A stretch of 64,000 nucleotides of DNA from Selaginella moellendorffii. Lineage: Eukaryota; Plantae; Lycopodiophyta. Within the stretch, counting starts at the first letter, position 1, and every line of letters starts with the position of its first letter. Of the stretch, positions 12,409 through 25,247 are shown piece after piece. Both the position numbers and the translations under genes were made by a program. The DNA is taken from positions 2,531,176 to 2,595,175 of the forward strand of contig NW_003314269.1 of assembly GCF_000143415.4 (NCBI RefSeq), read 5' to 3'. The notes below the pieces were generated by a model. The model did not search any database and was not told the DNA's origin. It saw only the letters and a program-made list of their open reading frames with translations.

Positions 12409-12918
12409 GTTCTCGTTGTCAGCTCCTGCAGCTTGTTGGGCAATGATCAGGGTCTGGCTACGCCAGATCCTCTGGTCTTGGCCTGTCCCCAGGATCACAC
12501 TGTGCTCGGACTGCTCCACATCTGAAATGCAAAGAGGATCTCTGAGAAAGGAAGAAGAAACAAAGACATTTTAAAACAAACGAGTGAAGCTTGTTTCCCA
12601 TCCACGACCACGAGATCCGAAGTTCCTAACAGAGAAAGAACAAACGAAAGGACGGAAGAGCCGAGCGAAAGCCATAGCCAAGCGAAGAAAACCAGAAGGA
12701 AAGAGATCCGGGAGAGAAAAAACGAAGAGAATGATGTATACCTTTTATACTTAGAATACAATAATGAGTATAAACCCCCGCAGCTGTGAATATCTTGATT
12801 CATTATTATCCTTCGAGCAAGAAGTTTCTAGGGGCACAGAAATCCTAACCGTAATAACAGCGATTGTGCCTTTTTTCGATCACCGTGCCAAGCGAACAAT
12901 TTGACGAGGGTCGTGATT

Positions 12919-13510
12919 GCATCGAAACAAATTCTAGCAGCTCCTTCACCTTGATTGATCGACGCAGAACGGGCAGGAAATCTGACCTTGCAACCGTCCA
13001 TTTTACATAGTCAAATGTATGTCGAGCCTCGCAGAAACAAACAGATTTCTAACAAAGGGTGACCGATAAATCGTTTGAAATTTGGTCTTGATTGAGAATA
13101 TAAAAAGCTCAAGAAATTTGTAATAACCATTTGACGTTGACACTAAAAGTAATGATGTTCTCCACCTCTCATTATTCTATCAGCAACTCACGTCTTCTTT
13201 TAGATGTTTAACTATTTTCCGTACTTTTATACCTGTGCTCGACCTAGCCCGGGAATCCGCATCGAAACAAATTTGCTCCTTCACGTTAATGATAGACGCA
13301 GAACGGGCAAGAAATCTGACCCTGTGACTCCATTATATTCCCATTTTGTCAATAGCTTTACAAAGGGTGACCGATAAATCGTTTGAACTTTGGTCTTGAG
13401 AATATCATTCGTTCATTCACAGCCCAAGAAGGTCAAAACAAAGGGTGAGTCCACCTCTCACGATTATTCTTCCAAATTATCAACAACTCACGTCCTCTTT
13501 TTATGTTTAA
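12919..13510. repeat. Diverged non-coding tandem duplication (12919-13212 and 13259-13510)
   Basis: Shared blocks gcatcgaaacaaatt, gacgcagaacgggca.gaaatctgacc, acaaagggtgaccgataaatcgtttgaa, tccacctctca, caactcacgtc. Confidence 0.8.
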
Positions 13511-14009
13511 GCACTTGGGGAAACTTCACTGATTTTCGCGAGCCACTGGATGACTCTTCTCATAGCCCAGCCTGGCATCCAGCATCAGAATTTCACCCAC
13601 TTTTCTCCTCATCCGCAATTGCGCAGCGCCAACCGCCAAGAAGCCATGGACAAGGTGCTTATGAGATCGTCAAGAGGACTGTGGAGGTGAGGTGGGTTTG
13701 TTCCCAAAGCTCTTATTGGGTATAATCCTTGAACCAAGCACAAGCTTGGATATTTGCTCAATATTCCTGGTGGTCATAGCGGTGAGAACAACCCAGGATG
13801 CCCCCTAGTGGCAAGATTACTCGCCAGCCAGGCCCTCTTCCTGGGATGGTTCGTCCTTTCCATGGCTTATGCTGTGGGGTTGATCACATTGATTATGGCT
13901 TTGTAAAAAGCATTTGCAATAATGTATACAAACCATTTTTGGCTGGATCTCATATTTAATTTTTTTAAAGCGATTAGGCACTAATATATTTGAAAATTGC
14001 AGTTCTAGT

Positions 14010-14267
14010 TCATTCGAGTTCCTTGAGAAAGTCCTTGTTATCAACGAAGACCTGAAGGAGAAAGGAAAGGGAACAAAATAGTCGTGTGAGATGGATCGAG
14101 AAACAATGCATTAGGAAAAGCTTACAGTCTTCCAGCCATCCGGATCGAGGCAAGCTGTGATTTTCGTGCTGATGCCAGGAAGAGGGCCTGGCTGGCGAGT
14201 AATCTTGCCACTAGAAACTTTGACTGCTTCAGCAGTTTTATAGACATCATCCGTGCCAATAGCAATC

Positions 14268-14304
<37 letters not shown>

Positions 14305-15559
14305 TATAAAGGCCAAAGATGGAGTGATGCACGAACCTGGGCATAAGCATTTCCTTTGGTGTACTCGGTAACACCATAGTTGTAAGTCAGCTCCATCACA
14401 GTGGTCTTATCTTCCTCCGCGTATCCCATCATCGCAAGCGTGTACTGCACACTCACGCACGAGACAAGCATAGAAGCATGAGGCGAGAAACTTTAAGCTT
14501 ACCTTGTACTCGGGATTGTCACGCTTGCGGAGGAGCTTCATTCCAAGCGCCTGGAACAAAAGACCATGAAGAAAGACACGAATGGTTTAAGCACGTTGAT
14601 ATACCTTCTCATAGAAGCTGATGGATCGATCGAGATCACCAACACGCAGCATGACTTGACACAGAGGCTCCGGGGTCGCTGGTCTCTGAATAAGCTCGAA
14701 CTTGTATCCATCGGGATCATCCACAAAGGCTATCACAGTGGATCCTCCTTTGACAGGACCCGCCTCTCTCGAAACTTTCCCACCTTTGGCTTTAACCAAA
14801 TCCACGGTTTTGTACACCTGTAGTTTCATATGAGCTCACAGCTATGAATCTCAAACTCACTCACGTCCTCGACAGCAATCCCGAAATGTCCAAATCCAGT
14901 TCCAATATCGTACTTATCAACTCCATAGTCTTGCAAAAAGAAATTGATCAAAACAGCGCATTGAGAGGAAAGGTCTGAGAAAAACTTACTGTATGTGAGC
15001 TCTACGACGAAGTGACTGTCCTCGGGTCCATAACCCAGGAAAGCATTCGTGTACCTCTCTTCGGGAATGTCACGCTTGCGCAAGAGCTTCATTCCAAAAC
15101 ACTCAGTGTAAAATCTAAGGACAAAAAGCAAAGATGATCCCACAGAAAAAGAAAAAAAAAAGAAAAAAAAACCAACCGAAGAACTCACTTGATCGTCTTA
15201 TCCAAATCGCCAACACGGTACACGACATGTAGCATGCGGCGATTATCCTTTTGTGCCCATTCCAGAACGCTCTCCTTTCCAGTGTCCAATTCCGCCGCTT
15301 CGGTAGACGCCATCCCTCTGATCCTCTGCCGGAAACCACCTGCAACACCAAAGCCATCGATAATCCAAGCCCGATGGAGTAGAAAATCCATACCAGCAGC
15401 GGGAGCTCGATCAATGCGGCGCCCGACGATCCTCGCGCAGCTGGAATGCAGCGATGTGGATTGAAGAGACGAAGAGCAGCGATTAGACGAAGAAGCTAGC
15501 GCCGCCCTGTGGATCCGCGACACACAAGGGACCGAAACCCTCAATGCCATGTCTCCCAT
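14010..15559 (-). CDS. GLX1: Glyoxalase I (lactoylglutathione lyase), two-domain plastid type, multi-exon
   Basis: Transit peptide; [70 protein letters not shown], terminal [13 protein letters not shown]. Confidence 0.96.
14268..14301. repeat. (GA)n microsatellite forming the polypyrimidine tract of a GLX1 intron
   Basis: Seen directly next to the acceptor of the IAIGTDD exon. Confidence 0.85.
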
Positions 15560-15699
15560 CTTTCCACCTGGCTAAATATTTCGTTTCGCGGCCTCCCTAG
15601 ATTCGACCTCGCGACCGGGCTAGTTAGCTATTGTCCAGACGATAGAATACATTCTATACATCCAAATGAAGCATAAGCATATGACTGGTTCTTATTCTC

Positions 15700-18284
15700 T
15701 TAAATCCTCGTGGCTTCTTCCCCATCGAATTCGTCTCCTTCATCGCCTTCTTCTTCCTCCGGAGGGGGGCTTTCTTCTCGCTGCCTCGGCTTTTGCTGCC
15801 TGGGATTGAAAGGCATCCTCGGATCTACTCCGATCTTCTTCATCAATCGCTCCCTCACGGTCGTGTTGGCTTTGGTGTTTGAGGCTTTCTTCACCGGCGA
15901 TGGCTTCGTTCCGTGCATTAGCTTCGACACCGAGGCCGACTTTACTTCCTGGAATTCGAGCTCTTGTGATATCTAAACACGCGGGGGAAGAGTATTGAGA
16001 CTTTTACCTTTCGTCCTCCTCGAGAGTATGGCTTTGGTTTCCGACGTGGTCGATCACTGTCTTCTGAGTACTCTGATTCATCGTCAAACTCTTCGTCAGT
16101 GTCGCTGCTGGTCGCATCTCCGTCCTTTTCCACGTCGAAATCCTCGTCGTCGTCCTTCCGGTTTTCATCGTACAATACCTGCATTGGCACGAGAGGTGTG
16201 TGACTACCACATGTAGAAAGTATGAGCTTACCTCTCCTTCATCGTCCTCTTGCTCTTCCTCCACCTCTTCTTCCTCATTTTCGAGCTTTTCTGGCTTCAC
16301 CTGAAACATATGCAAGAATTATAGTAGATTAAGTCGAATCCCTTCGCTTACGCTTGTCTCGCCTTCCGTCGGGCTCGTCAAACCCACATCCGGATTGCTT
16401 TTCTGCCACATACACATGTGAGCAACCATAAAAATGCCACTTTGTTTGTTACCTTCACTTTTAAGATGTTCTCGAGTTCTTTCAAAAGTTCAACCGGGTC
16501 AGAAATGTCGGGAGGCACCTCACCGCCATCCTTAGACTGAAGAAAACACGAGTCTTGTAAGAACGTAAGCATGAACACTACCCATCTTACCTGCAACCAA
16601 AACTTGAGACCTCTTACAAGTTTCGGAAGACCTTCCTTTTCCCAGCTAGTAACCTCTTCTTTGCCAGAGTCATCTTTTAGTAGCTGTAAATAGCGAGTTG
16701 CAGTATACCTATAATTTCAAACATGAGCTACACAAATCTGCCATGGAAGTATCACATACCACATTAGCTGCTTATAGAAGGGAAACCGAAACTTTTGGCG
16801 AACTTTGAGCCGCTCCTCCATCAGCCAAGTATTGTAAGGTCAAGGAAAAGAATCTGTCGCTGTCATCCAAAGAACAAGATAAAGGATATATGTCGAGCTG
16901 AAGCCCCAAATTGTAGCCTGTCAGGAAATTTCCACCAATAACTATCGAGTCGGCGTGAGTTACAACACAATGCGGCCAGCCCCCAGGCCTGCAGCAAAAG
17001 AAACGTTAGATGGATGTGCAAACTAGCGAATAGAAGAACGGCTTACAGTAGGAGAGTGTCTCCAGTCGAGAGCTCGACTTTCTGGCCTCCGCTAGCTCGC
17101 TCTGCAAAGAACACGCTAGCCTGCAAGGCCGCTTCTCTCATAAAACAATGCTAACATCGAAAACTAAATACCTGCCTGCCTATCTGAAGAAGACCATTCT
17201 TCGAAAAGCATGAGGTTTCCCTTTGTTGGAGGGATCATCAAAAATGTCTTTTTCCCACTGCAAAACAAGCGTTTACACAAACAGAAAAAAGGAGACAATA
17301 CCAGCACCTACCTTATAACATGATACCACACCGAGGAGCCTCCAAAATCAAGATGAAAATCCATGAAACAACCCTCAACGCTCATTATCGCATAGAGCTG
17401 GACCTATTTGTAGACTACGTTTGAGTAAAGCCATGCGTACAGTGACGAAGTCGCAAACCTCTGGAATGGTGGTACTCTGGTTACGAGGCCACGCCTTCTC
17501 CACAAGGTCCAGCTCTTTCACTAAGGAAGGCGCACTGACCTATACAGGAACATGCCGTGTTATCCTTCTGAAAAAATAATGACTTTTGAGCTCAAGGTGA
17601 GGGAATTTACGGCCTCACCATTTTCTGGAGCGGAGTGTTCGCCAGATCCAGTGACACAACGTTTAGTAAAGGCTTCTTTGGATTTGGCGACGAGAAATAC
17701 GACACCCAATCCTCCATAGCATACACGGGACCTTCAGCCTGATTCCCAAAGAAGAAGTGAGAAGAACGATAAGCAGAAAAAAAATACCTGTGTGGTAACA
17801 TCTATAGTTTCGATCTGCCGGTCGAAGCCAACCAGCTTAGCCAAATCCTCGACAGTCAATTGTGTCTCCGGGAGCCTAGAACAACCAGGAATGCGAAAGA
17901 GATAAAAGAATTTAGCAAAAGTAAGCGAGAACAAAGAAAAAGAAAGCATCCATACCTTAGCCCAAGAGCAGAGGCACCATCGTCCACAGCTCTCACGACA
18001 CACGGGTTCTTAAAGCCCGTGGAGTGCACATAGTGTGACAAATCCTTGGCCTCCACGACGGGCACGGCGGTGGCTGCGAGAGTCTGGCCCCCTCCGCCTC
18101 CGCCTCCTCCTCCGCCTCCCTGGCTGCCGATCTCGGCCTCGCCTTGAGAAGCATCGTCCCACTTGGCCACCGCCCGCGACAGCTTCCTGTACTGAACCCT
18201 GGTGCAATCGTCGAAGCCCGTCTCGTCCAGGCGCGCGTAATCCACCGCCACTCTCTGCCGCTTGGAGCGCCTCACCTGTGCCAT
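15700..18284 (-). CDS. JmjC histone demethylase of KDM2/KDM7 (JHDM1/PHF8) type with an acidic C-terminal tail, multi-exon
   Basis: Spliced motifs [79 protein letters not shown]...[24 protein letters not shown]. Confidence 0.88.
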
Positions 18285-20919
18285 GGTTTCTCCCCCTCCC
18301 TCGCGAAATTCAGTCACATTCTTCGCGCCCAGGCGCTGCCGCCTAGCTCGCGCCCACCAAGATTAGCTCGCCCGTGAGCTTTAGGTCAAGATAGAATATT
18401 CTACCTTCGCAACGGGAATATTATTTTCTTGCCCTCTGTTCTTTTGCGATGCAACGAAGAAGCTAAGCGCCACGAGCAGCCAGGGTAGCCAAGTCTTTGC
18501 GTGTGAGGAATATGGACTTTCTTCGATTTTCATTTTTCCCTGTTCATTCAGTCTGCTTTTTACAAGCATTGTGTAGTGGATTTGCAGCAGCCAGTTTGTC
18601 CAAATGAAGAAGATCTCGCAATGCAACCTCCACGCTGATGGATCAATTTGCATTGGTATCCTGCAACAATTCTTGGCCACAAAGTCAGTCTTCACATCTT
18701 GCTCCTGGCTTTGCAGGTGAGAAACTTTGTGAAACTTTTAGCTTCCCACGTCAAACTTGACTATTTTGATTTCACTACAAAGGTGATCCATTCTAGTGTT
18801 AGGCACCAAGTTAAGATGATAAGATAACAAAATGTAGCTCCATTCTAGTAGGGCAAGAATAATATTTAACATGTGGTGGCAAATCCTAAAGGACCTTCTA
18901 AAGGGAGACTTATGACAAAAACCATGGTGATCAGAGGGTGGGTTATATATGATCATAGATGATCATTCCTGAATTTGGGAGGGCACTTGTATGCAAACCA
19001 TGAGAGACTACAGCATAGATTAGCAACGAAAATAAAAACTAGGAAACTTTAAAAGTAAGACACTAAGTCTCATTCCCTTTAGAACATTGGAACTCTTTAT
19101 TTCCCTATGCTATAATCTCTTATATGGTTTGAGTACAAGTACCCTCCCAATGGTCGTGGGCTTATGTACTTGTGGAGTAGTGAGTCAATAACTTGCTCTT
19201 GAAAATCTAGAAGTTGTGAGAGTTGGAGATGCAAGAATGCTTGGCCTTTGCATTAGTTGGCTCTCACAAAGAAAATCTTACTCATGAGCAGCAAACTGGG
19301 TAAAATAGAAAAGATTCACATACTAGGTTCCAATTGCCTTAAGCACGCTTGAAAAAGGCAAGAGCAAAGCTAAATTATCTCACTCTAGAGAAGGGAGAGG
19401 AGTAAGGTTGTTAATTGTCACTAGAAGGGCTCATGGTAGGAAGTGCAGTAGTAGGCACAGATGTGGCAAGAGGAGTATGACATGTCAACAGCTGTAAAGA
19501 GGAAGGAGTGGATATATAGGTGACCTAAGCATCTTGGGCAGATGGAATGACATGTAAAGAAGGCAATGTTTGAAATTGGATCTTTGTAGGCTCAACCAAG
19601 TGACAGGATTCAGGTAGTGCATTAAAAATGATAATTTGGAAACACCTAAGTTTTTAGAAGTGAGACACCAAGTCTCACTCACTAACACTAAATAACAACC
19701 TTGATCAAATGAGCAGAATAGAATGATACATTGCAATTTTAATTTCAAACGATAGGTTAAAGTTGAAGAAATCAATACATTCTTGCTTGAGCCAGTCCAC
19801 CACTGTAGCATAAAGACTATCTAAAGGATTTGGAAAGGGAAAAGATGAATAAAAAGGTAGAGAGATAAAAGTGATGAAAGTTAAGGTGGAACAAAAGTGA
19901 GAGGAATAAAAGATATAAGAATATAAGATAATCAGGAAAAACTTCAAATTCATACTTGGCATAATTGTGTTACAATTGATTTATATTAAGTATGAAGTCA
20001 AAAATTTAACTTGACACCACCTATAATGATTGGAGCTCAACCTTGAGATCACCTATATATACATCTAAATCCACCTCATTTTGTGCATATATATATGTAC
20101 ACAATCATTGTCATAAAGAATGAAGATTAGCTCTATTGCATGACATAAATGTAAATAACAATCTATTATAACAAATTGAGCAATAGAAAATAAATTAAAA
20201 CCTATATCAACTAATACAAAAAAGATAACAAGGGACTTTTTGTTATAAAACTAAACTTGAAACATAAACATTGGATGAATTAGTGTTAAATGAATATTTT
20301 TATAGTATTCTTGAAAAAAGGATGGAAGGGTCACTAATTTATTCATGCAAGGTCTCTCTATTATTTACATGACTCTTTATTTCCTAAAATAATCTCAGTG
20401 TTAAGACCTTTTACTAAAGTAGCATCAATAGTATGTTGTTGATGCCAAAATCTCTATCTAGGAAATGGAGGATATCAAATTAGGAAATGCCAATAACGTA
20501 AATACATGTGGCTAACCTCATCATAGGCAAAATAATAAATATTATAGCCATGACCATTTCTTTATTCTTGTCCTTGAATATAGACAATAGCAACATTATC
20601 CTCTATTAGAACAAAATTGTCTCCCATAGGAAAAATATGTATAGCTACAAATGGGAGAGGTAATATCTTAGAGCATTATGCTAATTAAAGAGAATTATCA
20701 AAAGTGGCTAGAGTAAGTATATGCACAAGTCCTATAAAATTTTGATGAAATGTTAACCACAATATACTCAACTTATTTATAATATAGTATAGTTCCTTTT
20801 ACTTTGGTTGCCAATCTTTGTATCTAGCCAAATTTCTTCTATGGGAATTCTAGGATTAAATTGCATAATTGACTCAAATGGCCCTCGATAGATTTCCGCT
20901 AACCCAAACTCTATGTCCT

Positions 20920-21019
20920 NNNNNNNNNNNNNNNNNNNNNNNNNNNNNNNNNNNNNNNNNNNNNNNNNNNNNNNNNNNNNNNNNNNNNNNNNNNNNNNNN
21001 NNNNNNNNNNNNNNNNNNN
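20920..21019. other. Assembly gap (100 N)
   Basis: Run of N. Confidence 1.
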
Positions 21020-21079
21020 CCAACTATCTTAAAGTGATCAAACAAATAATACATATCATCAACCAAAAGGAACAATTTA

Positions 21080-21547
21080 AGAAATGATCTTTTGGAGTTT
21101 AAATAAAAAGGAAAAAGTTTATGAATAAAAGTGCAATCATTTTTTTAATTGGTTAAAAGTCTTGGGATAATTAGGGTTAAGTGTCCTTGGTTTAAATGAT
21201 ACTAGATTGCATAACCTTTTGAAAAGTCTAAATTCAGAAGTTTATATTTGGTATTAGAAAGGTCTCAAATTCAATTCTATTGGTTGGTTAATAGAATCAC
21301 ACCATATGTTGAGATTAACTTTTGATGGTCCAATTTCCTTTAATTAGGTTTGACTTAAGGGGTAAGGTGTTAAAAGAGATAACTCTTAACTTTTGTAGAG
21401 GTTTTAGAGTATACTAAACTAAGTAACCTCTTAGGAATTTCCAAGGGGTAAAGTGTCAAGAGAGTTATAACTCTTAACTTTTGTTAGAAGTCTTAGAATA
21501 TATTAAGCTGAGTGACCTCTCGAAAAATCCAAATTTAGAAGTTTATA
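21080..21547 (+). mobile_element. Degenerate Cassandra-type TRIM remnant
   Basis: gggttaagtgtccttggtttaaatgatactagattg (5S-like), LTR end agaagtttata followed by PBS-like tggtattaga; reverse-complement similarity to 53859-54451. Confidence 0.55.
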
Positions 21548-21777
21548 TATGTGTCACAAACATTGCCATCAACTAATTTTAATTTATTAGCTATAAATGT
21601 ATAATATTGAGTAACCACACCAATTGTTGCTCTAAAGTCAAAGGAGGAGTATGCTATTTTGCACAAAAAGAATATAAAAAATAAAAGAGAAGAAATGAAA
21701 AAGATGTAGGAACAAAAGAGATCTTGATAATGCAAAAGCTAGATTTAAATAAAAAGCATAAATGTAAATGCATGGAA

Positions 21778-21781
<4 letters not shown>

Positions 21782-21832
<51 letters not shown>

Positions 21833-22031
21833 GTACATATATATATGTATATATGTACATATATATATGTATACATATATACATATGTACATATATACAT
21901 ATATACATATATATACATATATATATACATATATACATATATACATATATACATACATACATACATATATACATACATACATACATACATATATACATAT
22001 ATACATATACATATACATACATACATATACA

Positions 22032-22065
<34 letters not shown>

Positions 22066-22153
22066 CATACATATATACATATATACATGTATATATGTAT
22101 GTATATATGTATATACATATATATATGTATGTATATATATATATATGTATATA
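21782..22153. repeat. (TA)n/(TACA)n compound microsatellite
   Basis: Seen directly; runs into the gap. Confidence 0.97.
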
Positions 22154-22253
22154 NNNNNNNNNNNNNNNNNNNNNNNNNNNNNNNNNNNNNNNNNNNNNNN
22201 NNNNNNNNNNNNNNNNNNNNNNNNNNNNNNNNNNNNNNNNNNNNNNNNNNNNN
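22154..22253. other. Assembly gap (100 N)
   Basis: Run of N. Confidence 1.
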
Positions 22254-23112
22254 CTATAATAGGTAGATAGATTTAACACAATTGTTGATTTTTTTGGTAA
22301 TGAAATATAGGAAGTTTAATACTTGGACACATAATTTTTCTGAGTATAAAAAATTGTTTGCATAAATGACATAAAAAATGTATATTCAGTTTAAAATTTG
22401 ATTTTATTTTTTCTTTTTGAAAATTTTCTTACTTTCTATATCATATAAAAACCACTTATCAAAAATAAATATTTGGCAGTTTTAAATGCTGGATTTAAAA
22501 ATAATTGTTTTTCTCAACAATCTTCAAATGGAAAAAGTATATTATAATTAGAATAAAATTGTACAATTTTACTTTTTTATACAATCAGAGAATAATAAGG
22601 ATAATTATGAGTTTTTTAAACTTAAAAAAATGGTATTATATACTAAATAAAAATACATCATAATAAAAAAAACATTCATATAACACTAAACTATTTTTTA
22701 TTTTGTGATTTTATTTTTTATTTTTCTGATCACTTCTAATCTCACCATCGTTGACACTATCATTAGACTGTCAGAGAGAAACTTAAACATTCCTAAATAT
22801 TTTAGTCCCCAAATTTGTTACTATTTAAAATGAACATAAGTTCTTAGCCAAGTGGCATTAATGGAGTAAAATGTAGCATATAGATCCTTTTTTGTTCATC
22901 CAGACAGAAGATCGTTCCAAGGAAAAAGGAGACAAGGTATTGGTTTCAATTGAGACACTCCAGAAGATGAATATTCTCTTGTCTCGACTTGGAAAAGTTC
23001 TTTCTCTTCTCCGCGTGCACGCGTGGTCAAACCTGGCAAGCTCTTTGAGGGAGGAGAAAGGAAGGGCTAAGAGGTTTCATTCGATCGATTGGCCGACTGG
23101 TAAATTAAAAGG

Positions 23113-24009
23113 ATGAATAATTTGCTATCGAGTTCCTTCCCTCGGGGATCCGACATGGAGGCCAGCCCCCTGGACGTGGAGATGGCGGTCCACAACTCGG
23201 AGAAGAGCCTGGTGGGCTTTTTCGAAGAGGTGAGCAAGATTAAGGACGCCATGGACGCGATCCAGGAGCTCCTCCTCAAGCTCAACGAGGACAATGAGTC
23301 GAGCAAGGGCATTCACAGACCGGGAGCCATGAGAGAGCTCCGGTTGCGCATGGACGAACACGTATCCCTCGTGCTCAAGAACGGGCGCTCGATCAAATCC
23401 AAGCTCGAGGCGCTGGATGCGAGCAATCTGGCCAACAGGAAGGTGAAAGGCTGCGAGGAGGGCTCGTCCACCGATCGAACCAGGATGTCCATCACCAACA
23501 GCCTCCGGATCAAGCTTCGCGACCTGATGGCCGATTTCGCAAACTTGCGGGAGAGGATGAGCAGCGAGTACCGCGGGACGATCGAGCGCCGTTACTTCAC
23601 CGTCACGGGCGAACAGGCGAGCCAGGAGGTGATCGAGCGGATGATCCAGACGGGGGAGAGCGAAAATTTCTTACGGAAGGCCATCCAGGAGCAGGGGAGG
23701 AGGCAGATTCTCGACACAATCCAGGAGATTCAGGAGCGACACGATGCCATGATGGAAGTGGAGAAAAATTTGCGGGAGCTGCAGCAGATCTTCCAGGATC
23801 TGGCAACACTGGTGGACGCACAGGGCGCGCAGCTTAATACAATCGAGGAACATGTCAACAAGGCAGCGTCTTTTGTGGATCGAGGAACACAGCAGCTGGT
23901 CAAGGCCAAGCGATCGCAGAGGAGAAGCCGAAAGTGGACATGCATCGGGATAATTATTCTCATTATCATCCTCCTCGTCATTCTTCTTCCCATTCTTACC
24001 AGAAGATGA
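23113..24009 (+). CDS. SYP12: Qa-SNARE syntaxin, SYP12-like, intronless
   Basis: MNNLLSSSF start, GSSTDRTRMS, ERRYFTVTGE, EIQERHDA..EVEKNLRELQQIFQDLA SNARE motif, C-terminal TM. Confidence 0.9.
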   Translation: MNNLLSSSFPRGSDMEASPLDVEMAVHNSEKSLVGFFEEVSKIKDAMDAIQELLLKLNEDNESSKGIHRPGAMRELRLRMDEHVSLVLKNGRSIKSKLEALDASNLANRKVKGCEEGSSTDRTRMSITNSLRIKLRDLMADFANLRERMSSEYRGTIERRYFTVTGEQASQEVIERMIQTGESENFLRKAIQEQGRRQILDTIQEIQERHDAMMEVEKNLRELQQIFQDLATLVDAQGAQLNTIEEHVNKAASFVDRGTQQLVKAKRSQRRSRKWTCIGIIILIIILLVILLPILTRR

Positions 24010-25247
24010 TCGAAGTGAATATATTCTGATTATACAAGAGAACTGAAATAAGAGTTGCTATGAGCTTTCTTCCTTTGAATTCTTCTGCAGTTGAATAGTC
24101 AATCTGAATAGTCAACCTTTTCAGTGGAGTCGAGAAACATATCCTGTGAGACTCAACCAGAAATGTTCCGCAATAAAGTTTCCAATTTTGAGCATTTGGT
24201 GAGTGAAAGTTAAGATTGCAAGCTAGCAACTCATGCAAATGAGAGTAAGGATCTGAAATGGCATTATATCCATCATCCATCAGCTTGTTGTTTCTTAGGT
24301 GACCTCTTACCAAAGAGATAACAGTAACATGTGAGATTTTTTACAGCTTTTGTATGTGTTCTTTGCACAAGTGGCTCCTGCAAATGCTCAATGCTCTTAA
24401 AACCTATCCACAGTAGACTAAATGAACAAAAAAACATTGAAAACTGAAGAAGGTAGAGAAAGAGAGATTATAAGACCATAGTGCTTACAAGTTTTAAAGA
24501 CTAGAAAAGCAAGTTCTAACATATGGCAATAATTACTCCAATGGGGTCCTAAACCTATGTACTGCAAGGTTTGGAGATATCTTTTATCAATCTCATTGGT
24601 TTCATGATGGTAAGTTGCACTTAATTCTGAATAACATGAGAAATTTGCATCATAAACAATAAGAGAAACTTACAATATACTGAGGGCTGTTATACAATAT
24701 TAAACTGAACCACTTCTTCACAATTAGTACATAGAAGAAAATAAGTCATCTTAGTGAACTTGCTGATTTTGGACTACCACCAAAAATTGCAAGAAGTGAC
24801 TATTTAGCAAAACTAACTTCAAATGTCCAACACTAAAATTTCATCAACAAATCTCTAAAGCCTTCTTACTTAAATTCTTGAACTCTTTCAGGAATAAAAT
24901 TTTTCATTCACCACACAAGATTTACTGATATGGCAGAAAAATTCTCCTTTTCCCGTGGCTGTAGTTCAAATTTACCGCCCAAACTATAAAGTACTATACT
25001 GTTTTTGAAATGCTCGGTTTTACCGGGAAAAGGATCTGACCGTTTATATCCAGCCCAACGAAACATTAAACCCTGGTGGAAGAAAGCGGCGAGGGAGCGG
25101 CGAGATCCATTCTTGCGGCGTTTGATCTGAGGTAAGGATCGTCCTGCCCGATAGTTCTCCCAGGTGTTCCCTTTCCCATTTTCACATCGGTGCTGCAATA
25201 GTAGCTTTCCTTGCTATAAAAATCTGTGCCTGTGCCGCGCAGGAGAG

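Noticed and set aside
13620-13800. Coding-like GC-balanced segment next to the GLX1 inverted 40-mer
   Set aside because: Could not assign it to any family by eye
21638-22279. Long YI/YM/HT-rich ORFs
   Set aside because: Translations of a TA/TACA microsatellite and an N gap
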